Shown one piece after another: positions 16,201 to 23,394 of a stretch of DNA of 64,000 bases. The notes under the pieces are model-generated. The model had not been told where the DNA came from. It saw nothing but the letters and a program-made list of their open reading frames with translations, and searched no databases. The first letter of the stretch is position 1; each line of letters opens with the position of its first letter. The stretch lies in IMG/VR virus record IMGVR_UViG_3300044632_002025, one strand, 5' to 3'. The translations under genes were made by a program, and so were the position numbers. This DNA is from a virus.

Positions 16201-18072
16201 AGAGATTTTTCCCAGAGTTTAATCAAAGACTTTGGACGGATAGGTTGGGAACAATTGAGGGATGTGATTGTATCCCCCTTCAAGGATATGCTAACTAAAA
16301 GAGACACATCTGGGATATTAAACCCAAGTATGCCTGATTTTAGTAGGGTGGGGGCTAATTTAAACTTCCAGTCCGCCGCAATGTCCAACCCTGACGACCC
16401 GAAATCGAAGGAAAAACTCAGAGAGCAAATTTTAGCTGTAGATGCCCAACAACAAACAGCATTAAAAGAGTTAAACGAGAGAATGCGTCGTCAAATAGTT
16501 TCCTCTGCCAACATAGATGATGCGGGCAAAGCGGCTTCTACGATGTATTCAACTTTGGCCAAGGAAATTGCTAACAACACTAAGGACGCTGAATTATCTA
16601 AATTAATCTCAATAGGTTCTGCGAATGGTCAAGAAGGTATGGCAACAAATATTGCCTTACAAACTTCCATTCAAGAAAACATCAAAAACACGCTGTTGCA
16701 AAGTCAGACTACACTGAAAGAGATTTTAGTTAAGTTAAGCTCTAATACTGTACAAAACCCAACAGCTAATCCTCAATATTCTTCAACCGCTAACACCCAG
16801 TATCCTAGTAACTTTGGTGCTGAGATTCTACCCCCGCCTCCTAACGTAAAACCTGGTACAAAGCCCCAAACTGGCTCCCAGTCTAATGTTTTACCTGCTC
16901 CCCCCAGTGTTGGGCAAACTCCGGTTAAACCCCAACCTAAACCTAAACCAGTTGTCAATGAACAAGCAGTAGATTACCAATTGAATAACAACCCTGCCAA
17001 CGCAGAGTTTAATCGTTTGTTCAAAGAGAGAAAGAGACAAGGATTGACAGGGGGAACCCTAGAGAGAACTGGGAAACCAGAAGTACCACAACCGCTTAAG
17101 GATGAGGACACCCGGAGGATTCTGGATGACCAGTTAAGAAGGGGGATGTTTAAAAATGAGAAGAATCGCACTCGTAGAAATCTACAGAATCAGTTAAGAA
17201 GTTCTACCCCTAATGAAACTCTTGTTTCAGGGTTAATGGGGGATATGCCGGTAGATTGGTTTGGGGCTTCAACCCCCACTTCTAACTTCCAATCCCTAAC
17301 TAATCTCCAAATGGGTACAGGATTAGACCGACTTATCCTTGACAATCTTCAAACGGGTTCAGGATTAAACCCTGGCAATTTCTTAATGGGTTTAGGGCTA
17401 CAACAAGGGCAAGGGCAAGGATTTGGTGCTACCCCAGCTTTCTCATTGGAAAATTTAGATATGCTCAGTGTCGCCTCCCAACAAGGGGGTGGAGGTTGGT
17501 TATCTAAATTTCTAGGGGGAATGGGGGGTATGAACTGGATGAGCATGGGTATGATGGCATTACCCTTTATCATGTCCCTATTTAATTCTGGGAAGCGTAA
17601 AAGATACAACTCCGGAGGGGTTGTCCCCGGTGCTGGTACTACCGATACTGTACCTGCCATGTTAACTCCTGGTGAGGGGATTTTAACCAACGCTGGTATG
17701 TCCAGAATTGGTGGTGAGAAAAATCTTTATGCCTTGAACTCTGGCAGTCTGAAAATGGGGGCGATTCAACCCCCCAAAAACTTAGGGATGCCCAATCTAC
17801 CTACCGCAGAAGCCAACAAGAGTAAGAGTGCAATACCCGTTCCAGTTAAAACGGAGGCTGAAAAAACGATAGCCCAATATATGGGTGGTAATGAGGAATA
17901 CAGCTTACCACCAATTGAACTATCGTACACCAGCACTACCATAGCTGGTCAAAATTATGTTACCGAACAAATGTTCAAGTCGGCCATTGAGCAATCAGTG
18001 GAACGGGCTAAAATGGAAGTTTTCGGTACATTAAAAAATTCCCCCAACACTAGGCGTAAATTGGGGCTTTGA
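10234..18072 (+). CDS. tail tape measure protein (2612 aa)
   Basis: Very long coiled-coil/Ala-Gln-rich ORF with a Gly-rich hydrophobic segment. C-terminal GGVVPGAGTTDTVPAMLTPGEGILT motif is typical of tape-measure C-termini. Tail-tip genes follow. Confidence 0.85.
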   Translation: MPEQQGYNVSSLFVSIGLDTSPAERTLNQFENLLQSSVNRLIFTFTEDVSQRFARSFEGLGRGIGNSVQRSLNEAMGQTKRIEKEATESLANINKAAQTGLSEVSSATTGALSEVNKALKDLEANSKKTLENTQKEVKRQLDGIRNLAASSNLDQDKVIGAMAGSLSRQLKAMDFSQIEGSLQAIQRKALDLGSTLEKQVGDIRNSLAQPAEELEKALNNSLKKTQEAVGIADKALEESGVKFAEKVGSAYKQASETFAKEGVGSAEKAINSLSKGVESAIKEYERAVESTANDLSKKAQQFQVLGTTVAMAEAERLYALANSVRLTSVNTIASVRESATQATQSISKEMGKAGSEAGSAFGGGFGAALGGVVGGPVGSLLGAAIAEALANGLQLALNSRMEVIKATLGGYMNTVARGMMNFAEEERRINMGLYVTGKREGFGQDSEEFNTKSKDVQRAVTLTASDLSYGRVEIAELFKQLVKAGFNYNEIIGGTTPEEMRRGALYQTAGLGEAVELPGDQLDETSILVKQFKMAFPENSIKTIVREIAALGLSTPAQFDRFKYATQDSLSAAAVAGIPMRDVMQGFATMFNLSTPEVAGTMLKTIYNGISGGNVNRQMYGVVSKYYQGEDGQGDLLTALRNPGDFAAEFARLDTVMDSILKKGEAVGIAGMENVTGDYYKSLGLQEQADMRARGVSNLFGGGDTFQIGYRNLTLEGREKAEEQKREFANFNNEKDGELLPDFIRLRQKGLKGAMELIESTKENVESFAAKLAPGFTQMVLFFNKVANELTAGMEKFSGPLERISEKLGEVFGNLSENKLIDKFVDGISSTMGNVGRIFENWLNSAIEFVSKGENVDTVFLNLNNLLSDFAGLMQNLAVAFKSFLPLINEATGALSKAGVESEVRQVSEELKIRGVGEVSERVFNYGSQVGNVEGIKITNSEALGTVSEEEAKQIAKSIKGKSSTATQSYIRTGRERSHAGMFGAVTAPESFADVDESTSVGLIQQGMKRVEANGRTYYITGGTGEGQSQFYELIDGDFRKATGTIDSDPKTRENLIETLMPREGNNPPPMDLSTAGMGSFLNPKILAEIAKENGNLKNRQAATLEAQQSRVRDLFGNNAVFDEKTGKVREQDSEGNRADLSSSSFGTEALSKTPERLNALIRTGAGLEGSSAEQALRETASRSKITNLQTITGLSSGKTKGKEGEAFLLSQADVLETVRRNEKEGADIAKTASELTQDTTKELEEALRKKGQLKPAWDRIKKQIESGEIVGDSTTFLEQFITKAREKVSDNKTPFAERNAMNENLIALTKDLNTDKPKPLEKPGAVKEGVPADLEKYRRLIDDMNRSRIEQENQILQLRQKSLELERQSFVLATAFKGQVNANLEQFFGILSQAENTLLGNQTKLRQIDQFFVDRRNNLANQFKDVNPQVGGGIQDNYEGTGQPVFVPKASPDKNVNALSKDLIKGQLDAIKEKQNERAEIAKQNELIQRNLTQQIRNAVAQTFQQATNTATGLASSFGGNSEFMVKTTQLFDGVRTQGVQLAQQIQALKVIQQTNPSGFGAQDAKALSGLEGVFKQIPRMLKEALGDALASLLRQVNTFFQDLSERSRQRSNELMGMVMPGGASSGLLTIVGDLQNSLFKNQQESLELQQESSQIRRQVELNRSLGAVFPDQFFAQKVSMGEASIGVNDAKRGGLELEAKNLLETSKIKANITYFNSFIELFQGARGLSRGFSSVSDAVTEVEQRREAITKSIFDLETQIQLMESQLETMNSVFGSLSLVDRERLEEGKKYLEQQKQATIALQKINDALRGELGKLAIAKVQEDARGNAQSALMESNSARSQILGMSDSRSTRREAASIDLENSRIDAIKRVTEATLKSAEERANIVAELANMDSNAAKGMYNTPEAQAEIARKYVEYQSRLIAIDNEVGNARVMAYNNLKVQVEKSALELDEGYRANVQIANTVDGAFSNLYDILTDSSKSFADRMRDFSQSLIKDFGRIGWEQLRDVIVSPFKDMLTKRDTSGILNPSMPDFSRVGANLNFQSAAMSNPDDPKSKEKLREQILAVDAQQQTALKELNERMRRQIVSSANIDDAGKAASTMYSTLAKEIANNTKDAELSKLISIGSANGQEGMATNIALQTSIQENIKNTLLQSQTTLKEILVKLSSNTVQNPTANPQYSSTANTQYPSNFGAEILPPPPNVKPGTKPQTGSQSNVLPAPPSVGQTPVKPQPKPKPVVNEQAVDYQLNNNPANAEFNRLFKERKRQGLTGGTLERTGKPEVPQPLKDEDTRRILDDQLRRGMFKNEKNRTRRNLQNQLRSSTPNETLVSGLMGDMPVDWFGASTPTSNFQSLTNLQMGTGLDRLILDNLQTGSGLNPGNFLMGLGLQQGQGQGFGATPAFSLENLDMLSVASQQGGGGWLSKFLGGMGGMNWMSMGMMALPFIMSLFNSGKRKRYNSGGVVPGAGTTDTVPAMLTPGEGILTNAGMSRIGGEKNLYALNSGSLKMGAIQPPKNLGMPNLPTAEANKSKSAIPVPVKTEAEKTIAQYMGGNEEYSLPPIELSYTSTTIAGQNYVTEQMFKSAIEQSVERAKMEVFGTLKNSPNTRRKLGL

Positions 18073-18136
18073 CCAGGTTTAGGGGTTTAATTGAAATTCC
18101 CTAACAGAATCTTTCTTCGTCTCTTAAGTCAAACTG

Positions 18137-18146
18137 TATCGCTCAA
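18137..18146 (+). promoter_or_regulatory. start-associated motif variant TATCGCTCAA
   Basis: ~28 nt upstream of ATG 18174. Confidence 0.35.
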
Positions 18147-18173
18147 ACTAAAAGAAACCTGCCTTAATTTCGG

Positions 18174-19946
18174 ATGCCTTTAGAATTTCCGTCAAATCTA
18201 GCCCCCAACTTCTTTCATGTGGATAAACTACCCGATTACGGGCTAAAACTACATGAAAACGAATTAGGACGGGAAATTAGACGTTTTACAGAGACTACAG
18301 GGAATGAAACAGAGTTAAGAGTTCTTTATACGGGGATGAGGGCTACGGAGGTAAATACTCTTTTATCCTTTTTCAGGGATACAAAGGGGACATTTGAAGC
18401 TTTTACCCTGCCAACAAGTTTTTACTTAAGTCCTGATGAAATCACTAACTCTTTGGCAGGATTAGACGACACAGAAACTTGGCGTTTCCTAAGACAACCA
18501 ATAATAAAAACAATTATAAGTGATATTTACCAGACCGAAATAAACCTTATTTCGCTGAAAGAACCACCATCCCAAAGTTCAGGAAATGTAGTGGGGTTTG
18601 TGGAATCAGTGGTTTTAAGTTTAACACCTTCAAAAATAACACTAGCCCCCCTTCTTGTTAGTAGGGTTTTTGATTCAATCCAGTTGGATTTTAGCGAGGG
18701 GGGTTCAACAGTTATTCCTAGAACTACCGCCCTACTCACTAATTTAAACTTTAGTCTAGCTAGTCTGACTACTTTGGCTAATGCGGGGGCGGGGGCATCA
18801 TCTGGCAGTCTAAACTTTAGTCTACCCATAGTGATTCCCAGAATACCGGTGCTTATGGGTTTTGAATCTATAACACTAGAGTTAACACAAGGTAGTACAG
18901 GTTACTATGAATTAGCAGGATGGGATGAAATGCAAAGCATAATAGTTTCTGGGACTTTTACATCGACATTAAGAACAATCCATCTGGTGAATACAGGTAG
19001 TGGTGTGGCATCCACAACTTTACCCTCAAATGCCCCTGATAATTCAATAATCATCTACTCGGATTATGCCGGTACAAGTAGCCAAAGCCCCACGGGGTTT
19101 GGGTTAAATAGTTTTACCCTGAACGCTCCTGCGGGTCAAACAATTCAGGGGCAAAATAGTAGGGTTTTTAACGTTGAAAACACTTCTATTCAGTTGATAA
19201 AGAAAGGAACCCGTTGGAATATAGTAGGGACAGAATTGGCTACTGGAAATTCTAGTGGTGGTAATAATTTGCCAGTGGAGTCCCTTCAAACTCAGAACGG
19301 AGGTAACTTAGATTTAAATACTAATCAAGCTGGGAAAATTCTTGCAAATAGTGTCAACACCAGTAACTTTAATTTAACTTTAACTCAAAATACTTTATTT
19401 ATTAACGGTTGGTACTGCTATGTAAGAAATGATAGTAATTGTATCATCACTGTAAATCCCTCATCGGGTGTAACAATAAACCATAGTAACGGTTTAACAC
19501 TAGGTCAAAATGAGTTAGGATTACTAATATGTAATGGAAGTAACAATTGGTATTTCCAAAAGCTATCTAACTTTATAAAATCGATTGGGAACGGGCTTAA
19601 CTTATCTGGAGCGGGGGCATTAGCAACGACACCCCTTACAGAATCCATGGATGGGCAAATTGACTCCCCATCAAACAAAACATACACTTTAATAGCCAGT
19701 GCTAGATATGGTTTCACTATTGAAAACTTAACAGTCTTTACTACCAGTGGAACTTGTACTGTTGCCGTCCAAATTAATGGGGTAAATGTAGGGGCATTAA
19801 GTGGTATTAACGTGACTAGCTCTAGTCAAACTGTTAATAGTACGACGGCCAAGACAGTAACCACGGGACAACGAGTAACCTTCGTGGTATCTAGTAACAG
19901 TAGTGCTAGTGAATTGGTTTTCTCTCTAGGAACCCTGAGAACTTAG
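18174..19946 (+). CDS. tail fibre/tip protein with conserved ~130-aa N-terminal domain
   Basis: N-terminus is paralogous to 20415, 25244 and 25675 (LPDYGLK...W RF..PI). C-terminus is Ser/Thr/Asn-rich. Confidence 0.55.
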   Translation: MPLEFPSNLAPNFFHVDKLPDYGLKLHENELGREIRRFTETTGNETELRVLYTGMRATEVNTLLSFFRDTKGTFEAFTLPTSFYLSPDEITNSLAGLDDTETWRFLRQPIIKTIISDIYQTEINLISLKEPPSQSSGNVVGFVESVVLSLTPSKITLAPLLVSRVFDSIQLDFSEGGSTVIPRTTALLTNLNFSLASLTTLANAGAGASSGSLNFSLPIVIPRIPVLMGFESITLELTQGSTGYYELAGWDEMQSIIVSGTFTSTLRTIHLVNTGSGVASTTLPSNAPDNSIIIYSDYAGTSSQSPTGFGLNSFTLNAPAGQTIQGQNSRVFNVENTSIQLIKKGTRWNIVGTELATGNSSGGNNLPVESLQTQNGGNLDLNTNQAGKILANSVNTSNFNLTLTQNTLFINGWYCYVRNDSNCIITVNPSSGVTINHSNGLTLGQNELGLLICNGSNNWYFQKLSNFIKSIGNGLNLSGAGALATTPLTESMDGQIDSPSNKTYTLIASARYGFTIENLTVFTTSGTCTVAVQINGVNVGALSGINVTSSSQTVNSTTAKTVTTGQRVTFVVSSNSSASELVFSLGTLRT

Positions 19947-19960
19947 ACAATAACGCCCAA
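19943..19960 (+). promoter_or_regulatory. start-associated motif TTAGACAATAACGCCCAA
   Basis: 30 nt upstream of ATG 19990. Overlaps the TAG stop of the previous gene. Confidence 0.55.
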
Positions 19961-19989
19961 ACTAAGTCTAGTAAACCCGATAAAAACCT

Positions 19990-20412
19990 ATGCCATCATT
20001 TTTATTCAACGATGCTAAAACTAAAATTCTACAAGCGTTACTAGACCTTGATGGGGATACGTTTTATGCGTGTTTAGTAACAGCCAGTCCTGCGGCCACT
20101 GTAACCCAAAGAACCGGGTTGACCGAAGCTACAGGGGGTAATTATGCAATACAGGCTTTAACTGGAAGAATACTGGACAACCCGACGGCTTCGACTGTCA
20201 GATGGACATTCTCAAATCCTATTTGGAACAATTTGACTACTGCAAACTCCGCCCCAATAGTTGGGATGGTGATTGTGAAACAAGCTAGTGGAAGTCCTGC
20301 TACATCCGACCAACCAGTATGTTTTTTAGAGTTTAACACTGCTTTTACCCCAAGTGGAGCCACGTTCCAAGTGGATATTCCAGTTAACACCGGTATCCTA
20401 ACCGCAACCTAA
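19990..20412 (+). CDS. hypothetical tail-module protein
   Basis: Intact ORF inside the tail module. Confidence 0.4.
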   Translation: MPSFLFNDAKTKILQALLDLDGDTFYACLVTASPAATVTQRTGLTEATGGNYAIQALTGRILDNPTASTVRWTFSNPIWNNLTTANSAPIVGMVIVKQASGSPATSDQPVCFLEFNTAFTPSGATFQVDIPVNTGILTAT

Positions 20413-20414
20413 TC

Positions 20415-20807
20415 ATGTCTGGATTTACTTATCCCTCCCTAGTTCCCAACGTTATCGACAACTTAGAGTTGCCAGATTTCGGTGTAAAGATATACGACAA
20501 TGATGACGGGTCTGAGACTCGGAGATTCGTTCATCAAACAGGGAACCATACCAAAATATTGTTAAAATATGAGGGGAGAAGTGAAATTGAAGTTTCGTCT
20601 CTAATCAATTTTTGGGGTCTGGTTAAGGGTATGAAGGAGGCCTTCATACTCCCTGAAGGAATTAATCGTCACCCTAGTGCTTACCAATCCGGTATTAGCT
20701 TATTAGGGGATACAACTCTTTGGCGATTTGAAGCCCCCATTAAAATTGTTACAGTCTTTACAAAAATTTATAATTTTGATGTACCCCTAATTTCAGTAAT
20801 TCAGTAA
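20415..20807 (+). CDS. minor tail protein consisting only of the shared N-terminal domain
   Basis: 130 aa. Aligns over its full length with the N-termini of 18174, 25244 and 25675. Confidence 0.5.
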   Translation: MSGFTYPSLVPNVIDNLELPDFGVKIYDNDDGSETRRFVHQTGNHTKILLKYEGRSEIEVSSLINFWGLVKGMKEAFILPEGINRHPSAYQSGISLLGDTTLWRFEAPIKIVTVFTKIYNFDVPLISVIQ

Positions 20808-20820
20808 CGATAACGCCCAG
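20806..20820 (+). promoter_or_regulatory. start-associated motif variant AACGATAACGCCCAG
   Basis: 17-29 nt upstream of start 20837/20849. Confidence 0.4.
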
Positions 20821-20836
20821 ACTATAGAAAAGTTGA

Positions 20837-21337
20837 GTGATAAAACTGATGACAGCCCAAGCCCCACACTTATCACCTGAACATTTCTATGGAAGATTGG
20901 TGTATCTGAAAACAAAGGAAGGTACAGAATACTACTTTCAGAATTTTCAGACAGCCCCCTACAGCTTTGAAGGGGAGAATTATCTCTATCTTCCTTTCAG
21001 TATGTTATCTAGTAAAGAAGATTTGGAGATAAGTTCGTCTTCAGTGGAGATAATGTTGGCCAACACTGAAACACTCAGAAACTTATTAAGGGAGACTGAT
21101 ATTAGAGGGTGTAGGCTTAGAGTATACACAATCTTTCCCGAAGAAGAAGGGGCTATTTATGAAACACAAAATACCCGAATATCTTCCTACTCTTTTCAAA
21201 AGGGAGTAGTCAGTGTCAGTTGTCGTTCCCCTGTAGATGCCATTTCTAATCAAATACCCTCTAAAGTATTTGACCCAGAAGTGTTCCCAGAGCTACCGTA
21301 TGTGAACAGTGTAAAAACTAACTATAGACCCTTATAA
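20837..21337 (+). CDS. minor tail protein (position analogous to lambda gpL)
   Basis: Position immediately before the NlpC/P60 gene. No motif. Confidence 0.35.
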   Translation: MIKLMTAQAPHLSPEHFYGRLVYLKTKEGTEYYFQNFQTAPYSFEGENYLYLPFSMLSSKEDLEISSSSVEIMLANTETLRNLLRETDIRGCRLRVYTIFPEEEGAIYETQNTRISSYSFQKGVVSVSCRSPVDAISNQIPSKVFDPEVFPELPYVNSVKTNYRPL

Positions 21338-21340
21338 ATC

Positions 21341-21784
21341 ATGGAAACACCATATACACCCACTCCCTCAGTATTTGACTTTCAAGGTATCCCCTATGCT
21401 TGGGGTGGTAAATCCTATAAAGAAGGACTGGATTGTTTTGGATTAACGAACCAAGTCTATAGAAAATTTAATTGTGAGCAGATTAATGGTTATGATTGGG
21501 TCTATGGGGAGTATGGCTCTGATTCTGATTTACCTACTGGTAAATTGGCGGAACTTTGTGATACTCTGGAACGAGAAGAAAGCCAAGTAATATCAACTTT
21601 AGACCTGGTTCTTATTGATTGGTGGGGTAAACACGGTTTAGGAGTTATTGTAGAACACATGAACCAAAAATATGTGGTATATACAGGGAGTGCTGGTACT
21701 GGAACTAGCGCATTTATCCCCCTTAGAAGAATTAAACAACGAATAGTTAAATCTTGGAAATGTGTTAAGGGGGGCGGAAAGTGA
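21341..21784 (+). CDS. NlpC/P60-family tail tip protein (lambda gpK-like)
   Basis: GIPYAWGGKSYKEGLDCFGLTNQVY contains the catalytic Cys motif. A His lies downstream. Confidence 0.65.
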   Translation: METPYTPTPSVFDFQGIPYAWGGKSYKEGLDCFGLTNQVYRKFNCEQINGYDWVYGEYGSDSDLPTGKLAELCDTLEREESQVISTLDLVLIDWWGKHGLGVIVEHMNQKYVVYTGSAGTGTSAFIPLRRIKQRIVKSWKCVKGGGK

Positions 21785-23394
21785 TTAACCCTGAGAAAAA
21801 TTTTCAAGACTTCTTTTTTAGTCTAAGTTTAAAAACAGAGTCTAAACTTGCCAATGTTCCCGTGTCCGTGGTTAGTGAAGATTTAAAAATTTATAATGGG
21901 AGAATGGGTGGAGCAATTGCTCTGGGTATTGTAGGGGGGGCAATCGGGTTTTTCACGGGGGGTACAAGTTTCCTTTTCACCGGTTTAACTCTAGGATTTG
22001 CTCTGGGTTCTGCCTTATTTGGCTCAGAGCCTAAAAAGAAGAAAAAACCCCGTGCGCCTAGTTCTTCTTTTTCCTCCATGTCTGGGGATGATATAGCAAT
22101 ACAAGGCTCCGCTATTCCAATTATTTATGCTAGTAGAAGCAAAAACCCTAAAGGGGGAGTTAGGGCTACTGGGAAACTAATTGCTTGTAAAGTGGAAAAT
22201 CTTGGTGATTCAGCTTATCAGTACAATATTATTGCCCTTAGCTTAGGGGAAATAGGCACAATAGATTCCAGTCTAATGCTTATCGATGGCCAAACAATAG
22301 AGAGATTCTATGCTGAAGATTTAACCTTTAATTATTTAATTGGGACTCCTACTTACTATAATGATGCGGCACAGGGTAGTTTACCTACCGAATTTAACTT
22401 CTTTGGTCAGTGTATAACTCCTAACACCTATAATCTACTTGGTTCGTCCAGAAGGGCGCAATCTAAATCTACCTCCCAACAAGGGACAACGGTAGCAATT
22501 AATACTTGGCAAACCTCTAATTGTTATGTTTCTGGGCGCAATGGTAATTCAGTCCTAATAACAAAAAATGCGGGTTCAACAAGTAACCCCGATGCCTACG
22601 CCCAGTCTAATGAAAATGTTAGGGATGGGGGCGGTAGTATAGGTTGGAGTCTAACAAACAATCGTAGGGTAGCGGTAGGTTACGGTACTAGGGGTAGTAG
22701 CAATATTACTTATGGCATCCTTAACGACATTGTAGTTACCCCCCAGCCTGTCCCCCCGTCTCCCCCTCCCCCCGCCGAACCCCTTACTGTTACTACTTAT
22801 CCCGTCGTTTTAATCCATAACGGTTCACCAGTAGCTATCTCCGGTGCAACTTGGTCAGTAAATGACACCTTTCAAGTTGAGTTGGGTAATGACGGGGGTA
22901 ATAAAGTGGTTAAATATAGCCAAAATGGAAATCTCCTAGTGGCGTACTCCGGTGTGAATTGGGGTAGTCTTCCAGCTAAGGGGGTAATTTATGATATAGG
23001 GACATCCATAAACATAACTTCTTCTGTGGGTATAAGTTTCCCCACTGGTAATTTTGGGGTAGATGTTGTAAACTCTACTCAAGATACTGCCACACTGGTA
23101 GTCTATGAAGATGAGCAAGATTCTATTGAAAATTGGAGTCGCTTCACACCTGCTGAAATTTATGAGGTTAACTCTGCTAGATTTAGGGTACTAAAGAAAA
23201 ACGATGCAAGCCGTCAAATCACTATTACCCCCTCAGTCAATATATCAGAAGATGATGACATTTATTGTGTTTGGGAATCTTATTATCAAACCAGTAAAAA
23301 AGTGACCAATATTGTGATAAATTTTGAAGGTATGTTTTTCTCTCGTAGAAAACCGGTTAATGCTGATTCTGGGAAAGCAGGAGGTAAAAAGTAA
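21781..23394 (+). CDS. tail tip protein with N-terminal glycine-zipper membrane-like segment
   Basis: GGAIALGIVGGAIGFFTGGTSFLFTGLTLGFALGSALFG followed by KKKKKP. Overlaps its neighbours (GTGA/TAATG). Confidence 0.4.
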   Translation: MINPEKNFQDFFFSLSLKTESKLANVPVSVVSEDLKIYNGRMGGAIALGIVGGAIGFFTGGTSFLFTGLTLGFALGSALFGSEPKKKKKPRAPSSSFSSMSGDDIAIQGSAIPIIYASRSKNPKGGVRATGKLIACKVENLGDSAYQYNIIALSLGEIGTIDSSLMLIDGQTIERFYAEDLTFNYLIGTPTYYNDAAQGSLPTEFNFFGQCITPNTYNLLGSSRRAQSKSTSQQGTTVAINTWQTSNCYVSGRNGNSVLITKNAGSTSNPDAYAQSNENVRDGGGSIGWSLTNNRRVAVGYGTRGSSNITYGILNDIVVTPQPVPPSPPPPAEPLTVTTYPVVLIHNGSPVAISGATWSVNDTFQVELGNDGGNKVVKYSQNGNLLVAYSGVNWGSLPAKGVIYDIGTSINITSSVGISFPTGNFGVDVVNSTQDTATLVVYEDEQDSIENWSRFTPAEIYEVNSARFRVLKKNDASRQITITPSVNISEDDDIYCVWESYYQTSKKVTNIVINFEGMFFSRRKPVNADSGKAGGKK

